A stretch of 64,000 nucleotides of DNA from positions 519 through 64,518 of the forward strand of contig DJYQ01000012.1 in the NCBI GenBank assembly GCA_002450165.1, in the 5' to 3' direction. This stretch comes from Prevotellaceae bacterium UBA6974. Lineage in GTDB: Bacteria > Bacteroidota > Bacteroidia > Bacteroidales > Bacteroidaceae. Of this stretch, positions 55,494-64,000 are shown piece by piece. How positions within the stretch are numbered: position 1 is the stretch's first letter; every line of letters starts with the position of its first letter. The notes under the pieces were generated by a model. That model was not told where the DNA came from, made no database searches, and worked only from the letters and a program-made list of their open reading frames with translations. Position numbers and translations under genes: made by a program.

Positions 55494-56465
55494 TTATTCT
55501 CTACGGCCGCTCAGGTCGTAGAGAATACCATCCTTGCGGATGACAAGGCGGCCATTCACTAACAACTTGCTAACCTCGGGCTTAGCGCCTACAAAGACAT
55601 CATCAATGCCCGTAGTGCGCGACAGGGAGGCAAGATCCAGTGTCTGGCCCTTTTTATTACCCCAGATGTACTCGACCAATTCAGGATAGTCGATATAAGG
55701 ATTGCGGTTATGCTGGAAGTCGCTTACGGCATCCATACGGTTCAGCTCTTTCTCGGAAACAGGATCCTGACGATGCCATTTCAACAGGATATCAATTTCC
55801 CAATCCATGAATTCCAGATACTCGTTGGCATCATTTGACGGACGCATGGCATAATACGAGCCAATACCCTTGTTTCCTTTTGCCCATGTCAGTTCATCAC
55901 CGTAGCATGTAGCCATGTAGAAATATGCACGTGCAAAATCCCCCTTGTATTCGTCCTTGGGTTCAAACACATAGAAAGTCTGCTCGTTATAAGTAGCCTT
56001 ACCGACCTTCAGCGAACCAGCATATTTTAGATCCTGCGTAGGCACCCCCAAGGGATAGTTGCTGCGTGCACTGTTGGCTGTTGAGTTTGAGGGATTCAGA
56101 TGGTAGCAGTCTTTGTACGCATCATTTTTGCTGCCGCCCCACCAGCTTTTGGCAAAACTGTGTTCAATATTGCAGCCGCTTGCCACCTGGCCAGGAGAGG
56201 AAATGACACTCCAGTCATCACAATACATATCCATGCATTCGCCTGTTACAGGGTCACGGTCGCTGTAGTAGAATACCTCCCATGTATTACCTTTACCGCT
56301 ACCGTATGGGATTGCAGTATGTGACCTGATAGCTGCGCGTATTGCAGATTTCAGTGTTTTGTCCTTCTTGCCGTCGATATTGTCGTAATACCCCTCGGGC
56401 ATATCTTCGGCATACATGTTCATACTTATGGCAACTGCCATAAATGCAAGTGATATTTTTTTCAT
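55494..56465 (-). CDS. Extracellular endonuclease I family DNase with a shortened T9SS-like tail
   Basis: A signal peptide is present. Endonuclease I blocks are NIEHSFAKSWWGG, HLNPSNSTANSARSNYPLG, GDFARAYFYMATCYG and QHNRNPYIDYPELV. The protein ends ...LVNGRLVIRKDGILYDLSGRRE. Confidence 0.85.
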   Translation of the reverse strand: MKKISLAFMAVAISMNMYAEDMPEGYYDNIDGKKDKTLKSAIRAAIRSHTAIPYGSGKGNTWEVFYYSDRDPVTGECMDMYCDDWSVISSPGQVASGCNIEHSFAKSWWGGSKNDAYKDCYHLNPSNSTANSARSNYPLGVPTQDLKYAGSLKVGKATYNEQTFYVFEPKDEYKGDFARAYFYMATCYGDELTWAKGNKGIGSYYAMRPSNDANEYLEFMDWEIDILLKWHRQDPVSEKELNRMDAVSDFQHNRNPYIDYPELVEYIWGNKKGQTLDLASLSRTTGIDDVFVGAKPEVSKLLVNGRLVIRKDGILYDLSGRRE

Positions 56466-56468
56466 AGG

Positions 56469-57917
56469 TTATCTTTTAAAATATTTGCCTATTACAGGCA
56501 GTTTGGACAAGGGCATGTCGTGATAAACGATATGTCCGATAAATGCAAATATCAGTATAGTGTTGATTCCCATCCGTGCAGTAGCAGGCCACGACAGGGG
56601 CAGGAATTCCATTATAGCATAGAACAGGACGGTGATAGCAACATATACCATGATGCTCTTCATTGGGTAGTTGATGGGATTCTTGCGCTGTCCGACCAGA
56701 TAACACAGAATCATTGCCGTAGCATAACCGGCAAAACCACCCCATGCACATGCCATATAGCTGTACTTGGGGATGAAAATCAGGTTTATTGTTATCAGCA
56801 CTGCGCATCCTGCCAGCGAGAATACGGCACCATATATTGTCTTGTCAATCAATTTGTACCAAAACGACAGGTTGAAATATACGCCCATCATAATCTCTGC
56901 CGCCATTACTATGGGAATAACCTTCAGCCCTTCCCAATAACTGCTTCCCACCATGTATTTCAGCAATGGCAGGTAAGCTACGACACACAGGAATGCCAGT
57001 AGCGTAAAAATCAGGAAATACTTCATGCCCAAGGCGTAGGTCGTATTTTTATCCTTGTCACGGCTCTCGGCAAACACAAACGGCTCGTAGGCGTAGCGGA
57101 AAGCCTGCGTAATCATCGCCATTATCATCGCTACCTTCACGCAGGCGCCATATATGCCCAGTTCCTGTACACCCTTGAGATAGTCGGGATAAACCAGAGG
57201 GAAAATCATCTTGTCCGCCGCCTGATTCAATATGCCGGCAATACCCAGTACCAGAATAGGCCACGAGTACGAGAACATGCGCCTAAGCAATGCCAGGTCG
57301 AATTTCCACCGTATATGTATCAACTCGGGTATAAAGAAGAATGTAATCACCCCGGTACATATCAGGTTCAGGGCAAACACATAAAATACATCCGTCTTGC
57401 CCAGGACTACAAAGTACAACAGGTTCAGACCGATATTCATCAGTATGAACAACAGTTTCAGCGAAGCAAACTTAACAGCCTTTTTCTGAAATCTCAGGTA
57501 ACAGAACGGAATCGCCTGTATTGCATCAAGGGCAACCACAATGGCCATCATCAGGATGTACTCCTTGTGCCCGGTATAGCCAAGAACATTGCTGATAGGA
57601 TTAATCAGCCCGAAAATACATCCAAGAAACAGCGCAGAAAGAAATCCTACCATCGCCATCGTTGTCGAGAATACCGTATGTGCATCCTCGTCTTCCCTGT
57701 TGGCAAAGCGGAAAAACGTAGTTTCCATGCCGAAGGTCAGCATTACGAGTAGCAGGGCAACATAGGCATACAGGTTTGTGACAATGCCATATCCACCGCT
57801 CTCAGCACTTATAACATGCGTGTACAGCGGCACCAGCAAGTAATTCAGAAACCTGCCAACAATCGAGGACAAGCCATAAATAGCTGTGTCCTTGGCCAAA
57901 GATTTCATGTTTGCCAT
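56469..57917 (-). CDS. MOP-superfamily oligosaccharide/polysaccharide flippase (Wzx-like)
   Basis: This 482-aa protein has about 12-14 TM helices. The N-terminus LAKDTAIYGLSSIVGRFLNYLLVPLYT is typical of Bacteroidetes flippases. Confidence 0.8.
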   Translation of the reverse strand: MANMKSLAKDTAIYGLSSIVGRFLNYLLVPLYTHVISAESGGYGIVTNLYAYVALLLVMLTFGMETTFFRFANREDEDAHTVFSTTMAMVGFLSALFLGCIFGLINPISNVLGYTGHKEYILMMAIVVALDAIQAIPFCYLRFQKKAVKFASLKLLFILMNIGLNLLYFVVLGKTDVFYVFALNLICTGVITFFFIPELIHIRWKFDLALLRRMFSYSWPILVLGIAGILNQAADKMIFPLVYPDYLKGVQELGIYGACVKVAMIMAMITQAFRYAYEPFVFAESRDKDKNTTYALGMKYFLIFTLLAFLCVVAYLPLLKYMVGSSYWEGLKVIPIVMAAEIMMGVYFNLSFWYKLIDKTIYGAVFSLAGCAVLITINLIFIPKYSYMACAWGGFAGYATAMILCYLVGQRKNPINYPMKSIMVYVAITVLFYAIMEFLPLSWPATARMGINTILIFAFIGHIVYHDMPLSKLPVIGKYFKR

Positions 57918-57926
57918 AAGTCTTAT

Positions 57927-58541
57927 TCAGAACAAACCATACAACCTTTGGTCAATCTCGTCACATACCTTACGGAAATCCTCGGGATTTTCGCCATATT
58001 TGCAATTATCGCCATCGATGACAAGCAGTGGGCCCTTGTACGAAGCAATCCACTCGTCATAACGGTCATTCAGACCCTGCAGGTAATCGATACGGATAGA
58101 CTGCTCATATTCACGGCCGCGCTTGGTAATCTGCGCGATTAGCGTGGGAATGCTGCTCTTGATGTAAATCATCAGGTCAGGCAGATCCACTAGGGACATC
58201 ATCAGGTCAAACAGGTCCGAATAGTTCTTGAAGTCCCTGTCTGTCATGAATCCCTGCTCATGCAGATTAGGAGCAAAGATACGCGCATCTTCGAAAATAG
58301 TGCGATCCTGTATGATAGTCTTGCTCTTTTCTTTTGATATTTCCACTACATCCTTGAAACGCTTGTTCAGGAAATAAATCTGCAGGTTAAAGCTCCAGCG
58401 ACTCATGTCGCCATAAAAATCCTCCAGATACGGATTAACGTCAACGGGTTCAAAACGAGGCTCCCAGCCATAACGCTTGGCCAGCATCTTAGTCAAAGTG
58501 GTCTTGCCACAACCAATGTTTCCTGCGATTGCTATATGCAT
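57927..58541 (-). CDS. Deoxynucleoside kinase
   Basis: The P-loop is IAGNIGCGKTTL. The DRT(I)FED and R-rich lid motifs are present. Length is 204 aa. Confidence 0.9.
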   Translation of the reverse strand: MHIAIAGNIGCGKTTLTKMLAKRYGWEPRFEPVDVNPYLEDFYGDMSRWSFNLQIYFLNKRFKDVVEISKEKSKTIIQDRTIFEDARIFAPNLHEQGFMTDRDFKNYSDLFDLMMSLVDLPDLMIYIKSSIPTLIAQITKRGREYEQSIRIDYLQGLNDRYDEWIASYKGPLLVIDGDNCKYGENPEDFRKVCDEIDQRLYGLF

Positions 58542-58583
58542 GTCAATAAGCGCCTTTTGCGCGATTAGGTAAATTTTCCGGTA

Positions 58584-59234
58584 TCAAAACAGCCCGTAGA
58601 ATATGCGGTCTATTTTCTCTGTTATGAATTTAAAGTCATCCCTGTTCTGGACAAAATCCATGTTGTCAACATCAATAGTGAGTACTCGCCCCTGGTATTT
58701 GTTCAGGATAAAATCCTCGTAACGCTCATTCAGCCCCTTCAGGTAGTCAAGCGGAATAGCTTGTTCGTAATCGCGACCACGTTTCTGTATATTGGCAACC
58801 AGGTGCGGAACACTTGCCCTCAGGTAAATCATCAGGTCAGGGGTACGTGCCACGCTTGTCATCTGCTCGAACAGCTCCAGGAACGTCTCGTAGTCACGAT
58901 CATCCATGTTGCCCATAGCTTTGTTGTTTGCTGCAAATACATGTACACCTTCAAAGATGCTACGATCCTGGATAATATCGTTTTTTGCATGCGATATGTC
59001 CAGCAAATCACGGAAACGTTCCTTTAGGAAAAAAGTCTCCAGACAAAAACTCCACCTATGGATGTCCTTGTAATAGTCATCCAGATACGGATTCTGGGCG
59101 ACAGCCTCGAATCTGGCCTCCCATCCATATTTCGAGGCTAACATCTGTGTCAGCGTTGTCTTACCAGCACCTATGTTACCTGCAACGGCAATAAAGAGCC
59201 CCGTATTCCTTTCAGATTGATTATCAGTTGTCAT
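58584..59234 (-). CDS. Deoxynucleoside kinase (tandem paralog)
   Basis: From [28 protein letters not shown], the protein is collinear with the downstream paralog. The start overlaps the ruvB 3' end by 11 nt. Confidence 0.85.
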   Translation of the reverse strand: MTTDNQSERNTGLFIAVAGNIGAGKTTLTQMLASKYGWEARFEAVAQNPYLDDYYKDIHRWSFCLETFFLKERFRDLLDISHAKNDIIQDRSIFEGVHVFAANNKAMGNMDDRDYETFLELFEQMTSVARTPDLMIYLRASVPHLVANIQKRGRDYEQAIPLDYLKGLNERYEDFILNKYQGRVLTIDVDNMDFVQNRDDFKFITEKIDRIFYGLF

Positions 59235-60267
59235 TGTCAAACAAGTCTCCCTGCAAGGGGTTACCATAACGGTTTCCCATCGAACGTCCCAGATGTGAAT
59301 ATGCCAATTCCGTAACCTCACGTCCACGAGGTGTTCGCTTTATGAATCCCTCCTTTATCAGGAAAGGCTCATATACTTCTTCGATAGTTCCGCCATCCTC
59401 GCCAATCGCCGTTGCTATGGTGTTGATTCCCACGGGTCCGCCCTTGAATTTATCTATTATTGTCAACAGTATCTTATTGTCAATCTCGTCCAGGCCATAA
59501 CGGTCTATATTCAATGCTTCCAAGGCAAAACGGGCAATGGCAAGGTCTATTTTGCCGTTACCCTTCACCTGTGCAAAGTCACGCACACGACGCAACAGGG
59601 CATTCGCGATACGAGGAGTACCGCGGCTACGGCTTGCAATCTCTGCTGCAGCCTTGCTGTCTATTGACAGACCCAGTATGCCGGCACTGCGCTCGATTAT
59701 CCTTTGCAAGGTCCGGGCATCGTAATATTCCAGATGCAGATTAATACCGAAACGGGCACGCAACGGAGCCGTCAGCAGACCGCTGCGCGTCGTTGCCCCT
59801 ACCAAGGTAAACGGAGCCAGGTCAATCTGTATGCTGCGTGCGCTGGGCCCCTTGTCTATCATTATGTCAATGCGATAATCCTCCATCGCACTGTACAGAT
59901 ATTCCTCAACCACAGGGCTCAGACGATGTATCTCATCGATAAACAGTACATCATTGGGCTCCAGGCTGGTCAGTATTCCTGCCAAATCACCAGGCTTGTC
60001 CAAAACAGGCCCGCTTGTCAGTTTGAATCCGACCCCCAACTCATTCGCAATGATATTGGACAATGTCGTCTTGCCCAATCCCGGAGGACCATGCAACAAG
60101 GTATGGTCCAAGGGTTCGCCGCGATATTTTGCCGCCTCGACAAAGATTTGCAGGTTATCCACAACCTTCGCCTGACCGCTGAAATCCTCAAACTTCAGCG
60201 GGCGTAATGCCTGCTCAAAGTCCTTCTCCTTCAGCCTGCCCTGTTCTCTGATATCAAAATCTTCCAT
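59224..60267 (-). CDS. ruvB: Holliday junction branch-migration helicase RuvB
   Basis: Walker A is GPPGLGKTT and Walker B is [11 protein letters not shown]-terminal winged helix is present. I prefer the ATG at 60267 to the TTG at 60279. Confidence 0.95.
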   Translation of the reverse strand: MEDFDIREQGRLKEKDFEQALRPLKFEDFSGQAKVVDNLQIFVEAAKYRGEPLDHTLLHGPPGLGKTTLSNIIANELGVGFKLTSGPVLDKPGDLAGILTSLEPNDVLFIDEIHRLSPVVEEYLYSAMEDYRIDIMIDKGPSARSIQIDLAPFTLVGATTRSGLLTAPLRARFGINLHLEYYDARTLQRIIERSAGILGLSIDSKAAAEIASRSRGTPRIANALLRRVRDFAQVKGNGKIDLAIARFALEALNIDRYGLDEIDNKILLTIIDKFKGGPVGINTIATAIGEDGGTIEEVYEPFLIKEGFIKRTPRGREVTELAYSHLGRSMGNRYGNPLQGDLFDNDN

Positions 60268-60380
60268 TACTACGGGCAAAGATACAAATTAGGTCGTGAA
60301 TAACAAAACAAAAACAGGTGTTTTTCTCTTTCGTTCCGGAAAGTGATTTACAATTAATCTTTCAGCTACCATTTGGGTAT

Positions 60381-61583
60381 CTACTCTTTACCTGCTTTTA
60401 TCAGAATATGTTGTCCGTCTGCAACTGTAGTTGCAAACAGATATACATCGCCTCCGTCCTTCAGTTTTAGCCTTTTGCGCAAGTCATCCACAGTAGTGGG
60501 GAAATTGCGTATGGCAATATTGGCCTTCGAAACGCCGCTCAGCATTTTCTTAATATCTTTTTTGTCGAAAGTACTTGTATCATGCACACGGAAACTGCGT
60601 CCCGGAAAATTCGCTGCGACCCTGTCGCTTGTAAACAAATTGCTCATGGCATGCAGTTTCTTAACGCCATATTCCACGCAGAGAGCATCCTGTACTCCAG
60701 CCTTCAGTATGCTGGCGTTAGGCTCGTACAGATACTGCGAAATGCCATTCGTTATTTCGGGTGTATCTACGGGCCCGCTATGACGAAAAATATCAATTTT
60801 ATCGGCAATGTTTACGCAATATATGATGGGGTAGGGCACTTCTTTTCCAGTCATGACCAGCAGCAGTTCCTTGCATTCGCCGCGAACGCTTATAACATGA
60901 ACCTCGCTAACACCCCTCAGACTTCTCAATGCCTGCGTGATATCCAGCATCGGTGATAGTTTGGCGATAACCACCTTTGCCCGTTCCATTAACGTATCCT
61001 GTAACTCCACTATATCTGGCACACAATCTCTCAGTGCAACCATCTTGCGCCCTGCATTATCACGGCGTGCAGGATCTACATATATCAGTCTTTGGTGGTC
61101 TGCCTTCAGTCTCTTAGTCAGGAACTCCGCACAATCCGCATTCACTACATCCACGTTTTCAAGATTCAGAACGGGTATGTTATGTTTCATTATCCCACAT
61201 AAATCCGACTGCTTTTCAACGTAAACAGCATGGCTGAAATGGCGAGCCATGTAACAGAAATCCACACCATATCCTCCGGTCAAATCAACCATTTCGTCAC
61301 AATAAGCCTCACCGCCCATCACACGCACTGCAACCTGTGCCTTGTATTGTGCAGTCTCTTGACTGCTACATTGTTCCATGGAGATACGCTGAGGGAACCA
61401 CACGTCCGTTTTAGCCTTTCCGTTCTCATCCACAGCCCACAATGGCAACTTACGGCAAGCCGTCTGCCAACCCTCAATCTGCTGCAGACACCATCGCAGG
61501 TCCACGCCATCAGGACACGGCCTCAACGCCAACTCCCGGACATTATCCCTCCGATGCAGATTTATGAATTCCCGATTATGCAT
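60381..61583 (-). CDS. Class I SAM-dependent methyltransferase with a THUMP-like C-terminal region
   Basis: SAM motif I is VDLTGGYGVDF. The 400-aa Bacteroidetes family is recognised from memory, and the substrate is unknown. Confidence 0.65.
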   Translation of the reverse strand: MHNREFINLHRRDNVRELALRPCPDGVDLRWCLQQIEGWQTACRKLPLWAVDENGKAKTDVWFPQRISMEQCSSQETAQYKAQVAVRVMGGEAYCDEMVDLTGGYGVDFCYMARHFSHAVYVEKQSDLCGIMKHNIPVLNLENVDVVNADCAEFLTKRLKADHQRLIYVDPARRDNAGRKMVALRDCVPDIVELQDTLMERAKVVIAKLSPMLDITQALRSLRGVSEVHVISVRGECKELLLVMTGKEVPYPIIYCVNIADKIDIFRHSGPVDTPEITNGISQYLYEPNASILKAGVQDALCVEYGVKKLHAMSNLFTSDRVAANFPGRSFRVHDTSTFDKKDIKKMLSGVSKANIAIRNFPTTVDDLRKRLKLKDGGDVYLFATTVADGQHILIKAGKE

Positions 61584-61612
61584 TATGAATTATGAATTAT
61601 GCATTGTGCGTT
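61562..61612. repeat. AATTNNN/CATTATG heptamer run spanning the ribF stop and the methyltransferase start
   Basis: The run TTATGAATTCCCGATTATGCATTATGAATTATGAATTATGCATTGTGCGTTGTG encodes both the ...TMHNS* end of RibF and the MHNREFI start of the methyltransferase. Confidence 0.8.
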
Positions 61613-62459
61613 GTGCCTCCTCCAAGTCTTTCCTAATCTGGGCCTTCAATTCGTTCAGCGAATCAAATTTTCGCTCATCACGGATACGCCTTACAAACTG
61701 TATCGTCAGCCTCTCTCCATACAGATTCCCCGTATATCCAATCAGATGAACCTCAATCGTGCGGTCTTTGCCGTTATCCAATGTCGGACGCGTACCGATG
61801 TTCAGTATTCCCGTGTACGACTGATTTACCCTTACCTCATACACACCGTCCTTGGGAATCAGTTTCTCTTTGCAAACCTCGATATTGGCAGTGGGGAACC
61901 CCAATTCGCGTCCGATTCTATGACCAGCAACTACTATACCACTGATACAGAAGGGATGCCCTAGCAGGGCTTCTGCCTTGACAATATCCCCCGACATCAG
62001 AAATTTACGGCATTCCGTACTGCTTGCATGCACATCAGCCAGTTCTCGGGCACGTATTACCTCGATGCCACACTCGTTACCCCATTGTAGGTATTGGTCG
62101 AATGAACCACCTCCGTGCCCGAATTTGTGGTCATACCCCATGACCAGCACACCTACTCCCAACTGTTCCTTCAGCACCTTCTTCATGAAATCACGTGCCG
62201 TCAGCAACATCATTTCGCTGTTAAAATCCAGGAACTCTATCTTGTCAATGCCAGTAGCCGTAAGTAACTCCCTGCGTTCATCGTTGGTGGTAAGCAGGTT
62301 GGGTACAAACTGTGGGGCAATAATACATTTGGGATGCCTGTCCATAGTTACCACCATAGTTTGCAAACCACGAGCTTGAGCAATCTCCAGAACTTGGTTA
62401 ATCAAGCACCTGTGCCCAAGGTGAACACCATCAAAAAAACCTATCGTTGCTACAAACAT
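61590..62459 (-). CDS. ribF: Bifunctional riboflavin kinase / FAD synthetase
   Basis: The N-terminal FMN adenylyltransferase block is IGFFDGVHLGH. The C-terminal riboflavin kinase block is GRELGFPTAN...VHLI. Confidence 0.9.
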   Translation of the reverse strand: MFVATIGFFDGVHLGHRCLINQVLEIAQARGLQTMVVTMDRHPKCIIAPQFVPNLLTTNDERRELLTATGIDKIEFLDFNSEMMLLTARDFMKKVLKEQLGVGVLVMGYDHKFGHGGGSFDQYLQWGNECGIEVIRARELADVHASSTECRKFLMSGDIVKAEALLGHPFCISGIVVAGHRIGRELGFPTANIEVCKEKLIPKDGVYEVRVNQSYTGILNIGTRPTLDNGKDRTIEVHLIGYTGNLYGERLTIQFVRRIRDERKFDSLNELKAQIRKDLEEAQRTMHNS

Positions 62460-62514
62460 GGCGTCAAAATTATAAAAAAATCTCCATTTCTATTGCAGAC
62501 TAAATAAAAAGTTA

Positions 62515-62522
62515 TACCTTTG
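62515..62522 (+). promoter_or_regulatory. Candidate -7 box (TACCTTTG) for the tRNA gene
   Basis: It matches TAnnTTTG, 21 nt upstream of the tRNA 5' end. Confidence 0.45.
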
Positions 62523-62543
62523 CACTTGGAATTAACATTCTGC

Positions 62544-62617
62544 GGACTTGTAGCTCAGTTGGTTAGAGCAACAGACTCATAATCTGGAGGTCCCAGGTTC
62601 AAGCCCTGGCTGGTCCA
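62544..62617 (+). tRNA. tRNA with a CAT anticodon (elongator Met, or Ile2 if lysidine-modified)
   Basis: I folded a cloverleaf by hand. The acceptor is GGACTTG/CTGGTCC (one U-U), the D arm is GCTC-AGTTGGTTA-GAGC, the anticodon loop is CTCATAA and the T arm is CCAGG-TTCAAGC-CCTGG. No CCA is encoded. Confidence 0.9.
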
Positions 62618-62622
62618 CGATG

Positions 62623-62668
62623 AAAATCAGTAACTTAGAAGAAATTCAAGTTGCTGATTTTTCGTTTT
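62623..62668 (+). terminator. Terminator candidate after the tRNA
   Basis: A 12-bp stem, AAAATCAGTAAC / GTTGCTGATTTT (one G-U), has a 15-nt loop and is followed by TCGTTTT. Confidence 0.55.
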
Positions 62669-62725
62669 GCGAAAACAATGCGAAAACAAGTCGTTTGAGA
62701 CCGATAGGGTTCTGACAACAATGCA

Positions 62726-63037
62726 TCATTCTCCGGAAAAGTATTCCTTTGCCAAGTCAATGGCATCTAAACGTAGTTTTTCGTCCTCTTCCTTTAAGAT
62801 GGCATACACTCCATCAGCCAGCCATAGTTTCATCAGTTCCCTCTCATCAACCTTATACAGCTCTGCTAACTTTGGAACCTGATCGCGTTTTACACGTCTC
62901 GCTCCCAATTCCATCTTACTATACATAGGCATGTCCGTCTCCAGTAACTTAGCTAACTGCCGTTGCTTCAATCCTTGCTCCAGTCTCATGGCCTTTATCT
63001 TCGGGCCAAACATGCCATAAATTCTTTTATCCTTCAT
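62726..63037 (-). CDS. XRE-family helix-turn-helix transcriptional regulator
   Basis: The HTH_3-like block is IKAMRLEQGLKQRQLAKLLETDMPMYSKMELGARR. Length is 103 aa. Confidence 0.85.
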   Translation of the reverse strand: MKDKRIYGMFGPKIKAMRLEQGLKQRQLAKLLETDMPMYSKMELGARRVKRDQVPKLAELYKVDERELMKLWLADGVYAILKEEDEKLRLDAIDLAKEYFSGE

Positions 63038-63084
63038 ATCTTTGTATCGTTGTTAGTCATCAATTAGGCTCAATTACCAGAACT

Positions 63085-63113
63085 TGTCCTGAGCATGTCC
63101 TGGACTTGTCCTG
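63085..63113. promoter_or_regulatory. Three 11-bp phased direct repeats (core TGTCCTG) upstream of the XRE gene
   Basis: TGTCCTG occurs at 63085, 63096 and 63107, exactly 11 bp apart. These lie 48-76 bp upstream of the ATG at 63037. A TCAATTA doublet precedes them at 63060-63077. Confidence 0.6.
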
Positions 63114-63170
63114 TGGTTCTGTCATCTCCAAACGAGATTGTAATTCCGCTTGCCAGAAGCCTATGAGGCA

Positions 63171-63812
63171 TCATTTCACAATCTCAATTTTCCAGCCCAT
63201 GTTAAGAGCCTTGTTGATTTTATCCAACATCTTCTTTTTGTCTTTGGTGCTGCTATGGGTGAGGACATAAAGGCCTGGTGCTGCTTCACGTTGAGCATGA
63301 CCATACTTTTTGTCCTTGGTGGTAGAGACAACATTGATGCGGCAGAACCGAACATCCAACTCACGTACCCTCATCAAGCCCGCTTCTATGATAGCAGCAG
63401 TAAAGGTGGTGGCAGCATCGTGCTCTTGGAGTATTGAGCCGTCTTTCCTTCGGATGCAAAGCCCTGTCTTCGGAGCAATCTGTGTTCGCTTGTTCTTTCT
63501 TGGTCCGAACTCCTTGTGCTCCACTTCCGGATCCGCTTCCAAACGCTTAGCATCTATCAGTTGCGTGATATTTGTCTTACGGGACAATGATACGCTGATT
63601 GGCATGCCCGGATGATAGTCAACCACCAGAACCAATTCCCGTTGTACCTGCTTCAATGCAGGCTCAATGGTTTCTGTTACCACAGGAAGAATCTCTTTCT
63701 TGATGATGTCTTCCTCCAATTCACTCACTTGTCTCTCCAAATCCTCATTCAGTGAGAGGCCTTCTTTCCGCAATGTTTCCATTGCCTTGTATAAATCGCT
63801 GAGTCGTGACAT
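63171..63812 (-). CDS. Hypothetical protein (N-terminal coiled coil, basic C-terminal domain)
   Basis: This is a clean 213-aa ORF starting 39 nt after the upstream stop. I recognise no domain. Confidence 0.55.
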   Translation of the reverse strand: MSRLSDLYKAMETLRKEGLSLNEDLERQVSELEEDIIKKEILPVVTETIEPALKQVQRELVLVVDYHPGMPISVSLSRKTNITQLIDAKRLEADPEVEHKEFGPRKNKRTQIAPKTGLCIRRKDGSILQEHDAATTFTAAIIEAGLMRVRELDVRFCRINVVSTTKDKKYGHAQREAAPGLYVLTHSSTKDKKKMLDKINKALNMGWKIEIVK

Positions 63813-63851
63813 AATATATTCCTATAAAATGAGATACTATGGCTGTTTTTA

Positions 63852-64000
63852 TTAGTCTAAAACCTTATATTGCTGATTAGGATGATTAGGTGTCCCCGGG
63901 TAAAGCATCTGTATCTTTTTGGAAGCAAGCAGCAAAGGAATAACATGATTTCTAAGATATTTTGAATCGCGATTAATTCTTGCCGAAAGGTCTTCTAATG
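63852..64000 (-). CDS. 3' end of a gene continuing beyond the window; winged-helix-like tail
   Basis: The minus frame is open from the window edge and reads ...LEDLSARINRDSKYLRNHVIPLLLASKKIQMLYPGTPNHPNQQYKVLD*. The (P)xxPNxxxQxY ending resembles the C-terminal wHTH tail seen on Fic and AlbA_2/HATPase_c_4-type proteins. This comes from memory and is weak. Confidence 0.35.
   Translation of the reverse strand, partial: LEDLSARINRDSKYLRNHVIPLLLASKKIQMLYPGTPNHPNQQYKVLD

Overview
This 64 kb chromosomal window is from a Bacteroidales genome, probably Prevotellaceae-like. That placement is an inference from TAnnTTTG -7 promoter boxes, no Shine-Dalgarno use, BspA-type LRR proteins and T9SS-type C-terminal tails. 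No database search was run, so all product calls rest on motifs I recognise in the supplied translations.

Most of the window is core housekeeping:
- an RND efflux operon (MFP-RND-OMF)
- an Lrp/AsnC regulator next to metY-cysK
- polA and a polyprenyl synthase
- deoC-mazG-dtd-uvrC-apt-mnmG
- frdCAB
- a GH2 beta-galactosidase operon
- a long topA-aroK-speA-argB-ECF sigma-anti-sigma string
- yqiJ-like plus flotillin
- a TonB-dependent receptor plus DUF362
- tcdA, ruvB-dNK-dNK-flippase-endonuclease I, a THUMP-like methyltransferase, ribF and tRNA-Met(CAT)

I found no CRISPR array, IS element, integrase or rRNA.

Findings worth a second look:
1. A textbook cobalamin riboswitch (52230-52400) drives an operon with no transporter. 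The operon encodes two secreted proteins with T9SS-like C-terminal tails and a 60-aa ORF. This is the best candidate for an undescribed system, possibly secreted corrinoid capture.
2. A divergent ATP-grasp ligase + esterase / S51 peptidase module of unknown product.
3. A dispersed AATTNNN heptamer-periodic repeat family sits exactly at intra-operon gene junctions, at six or more loci.
4. Several 11-bp, helically phased tandem arrays lie in intergenic DNA. Two of them share a CNGGACATG core.
5. A decaying accessory patch surrounds a BspA-LRR/dockerin gene, with a paralog remnant and an orphan terminator.
6. PolA has a vestigial 3'-5' exonuclease domain lacking the catalytic residues.
7. A short accessory segment begins right after the tRNA.
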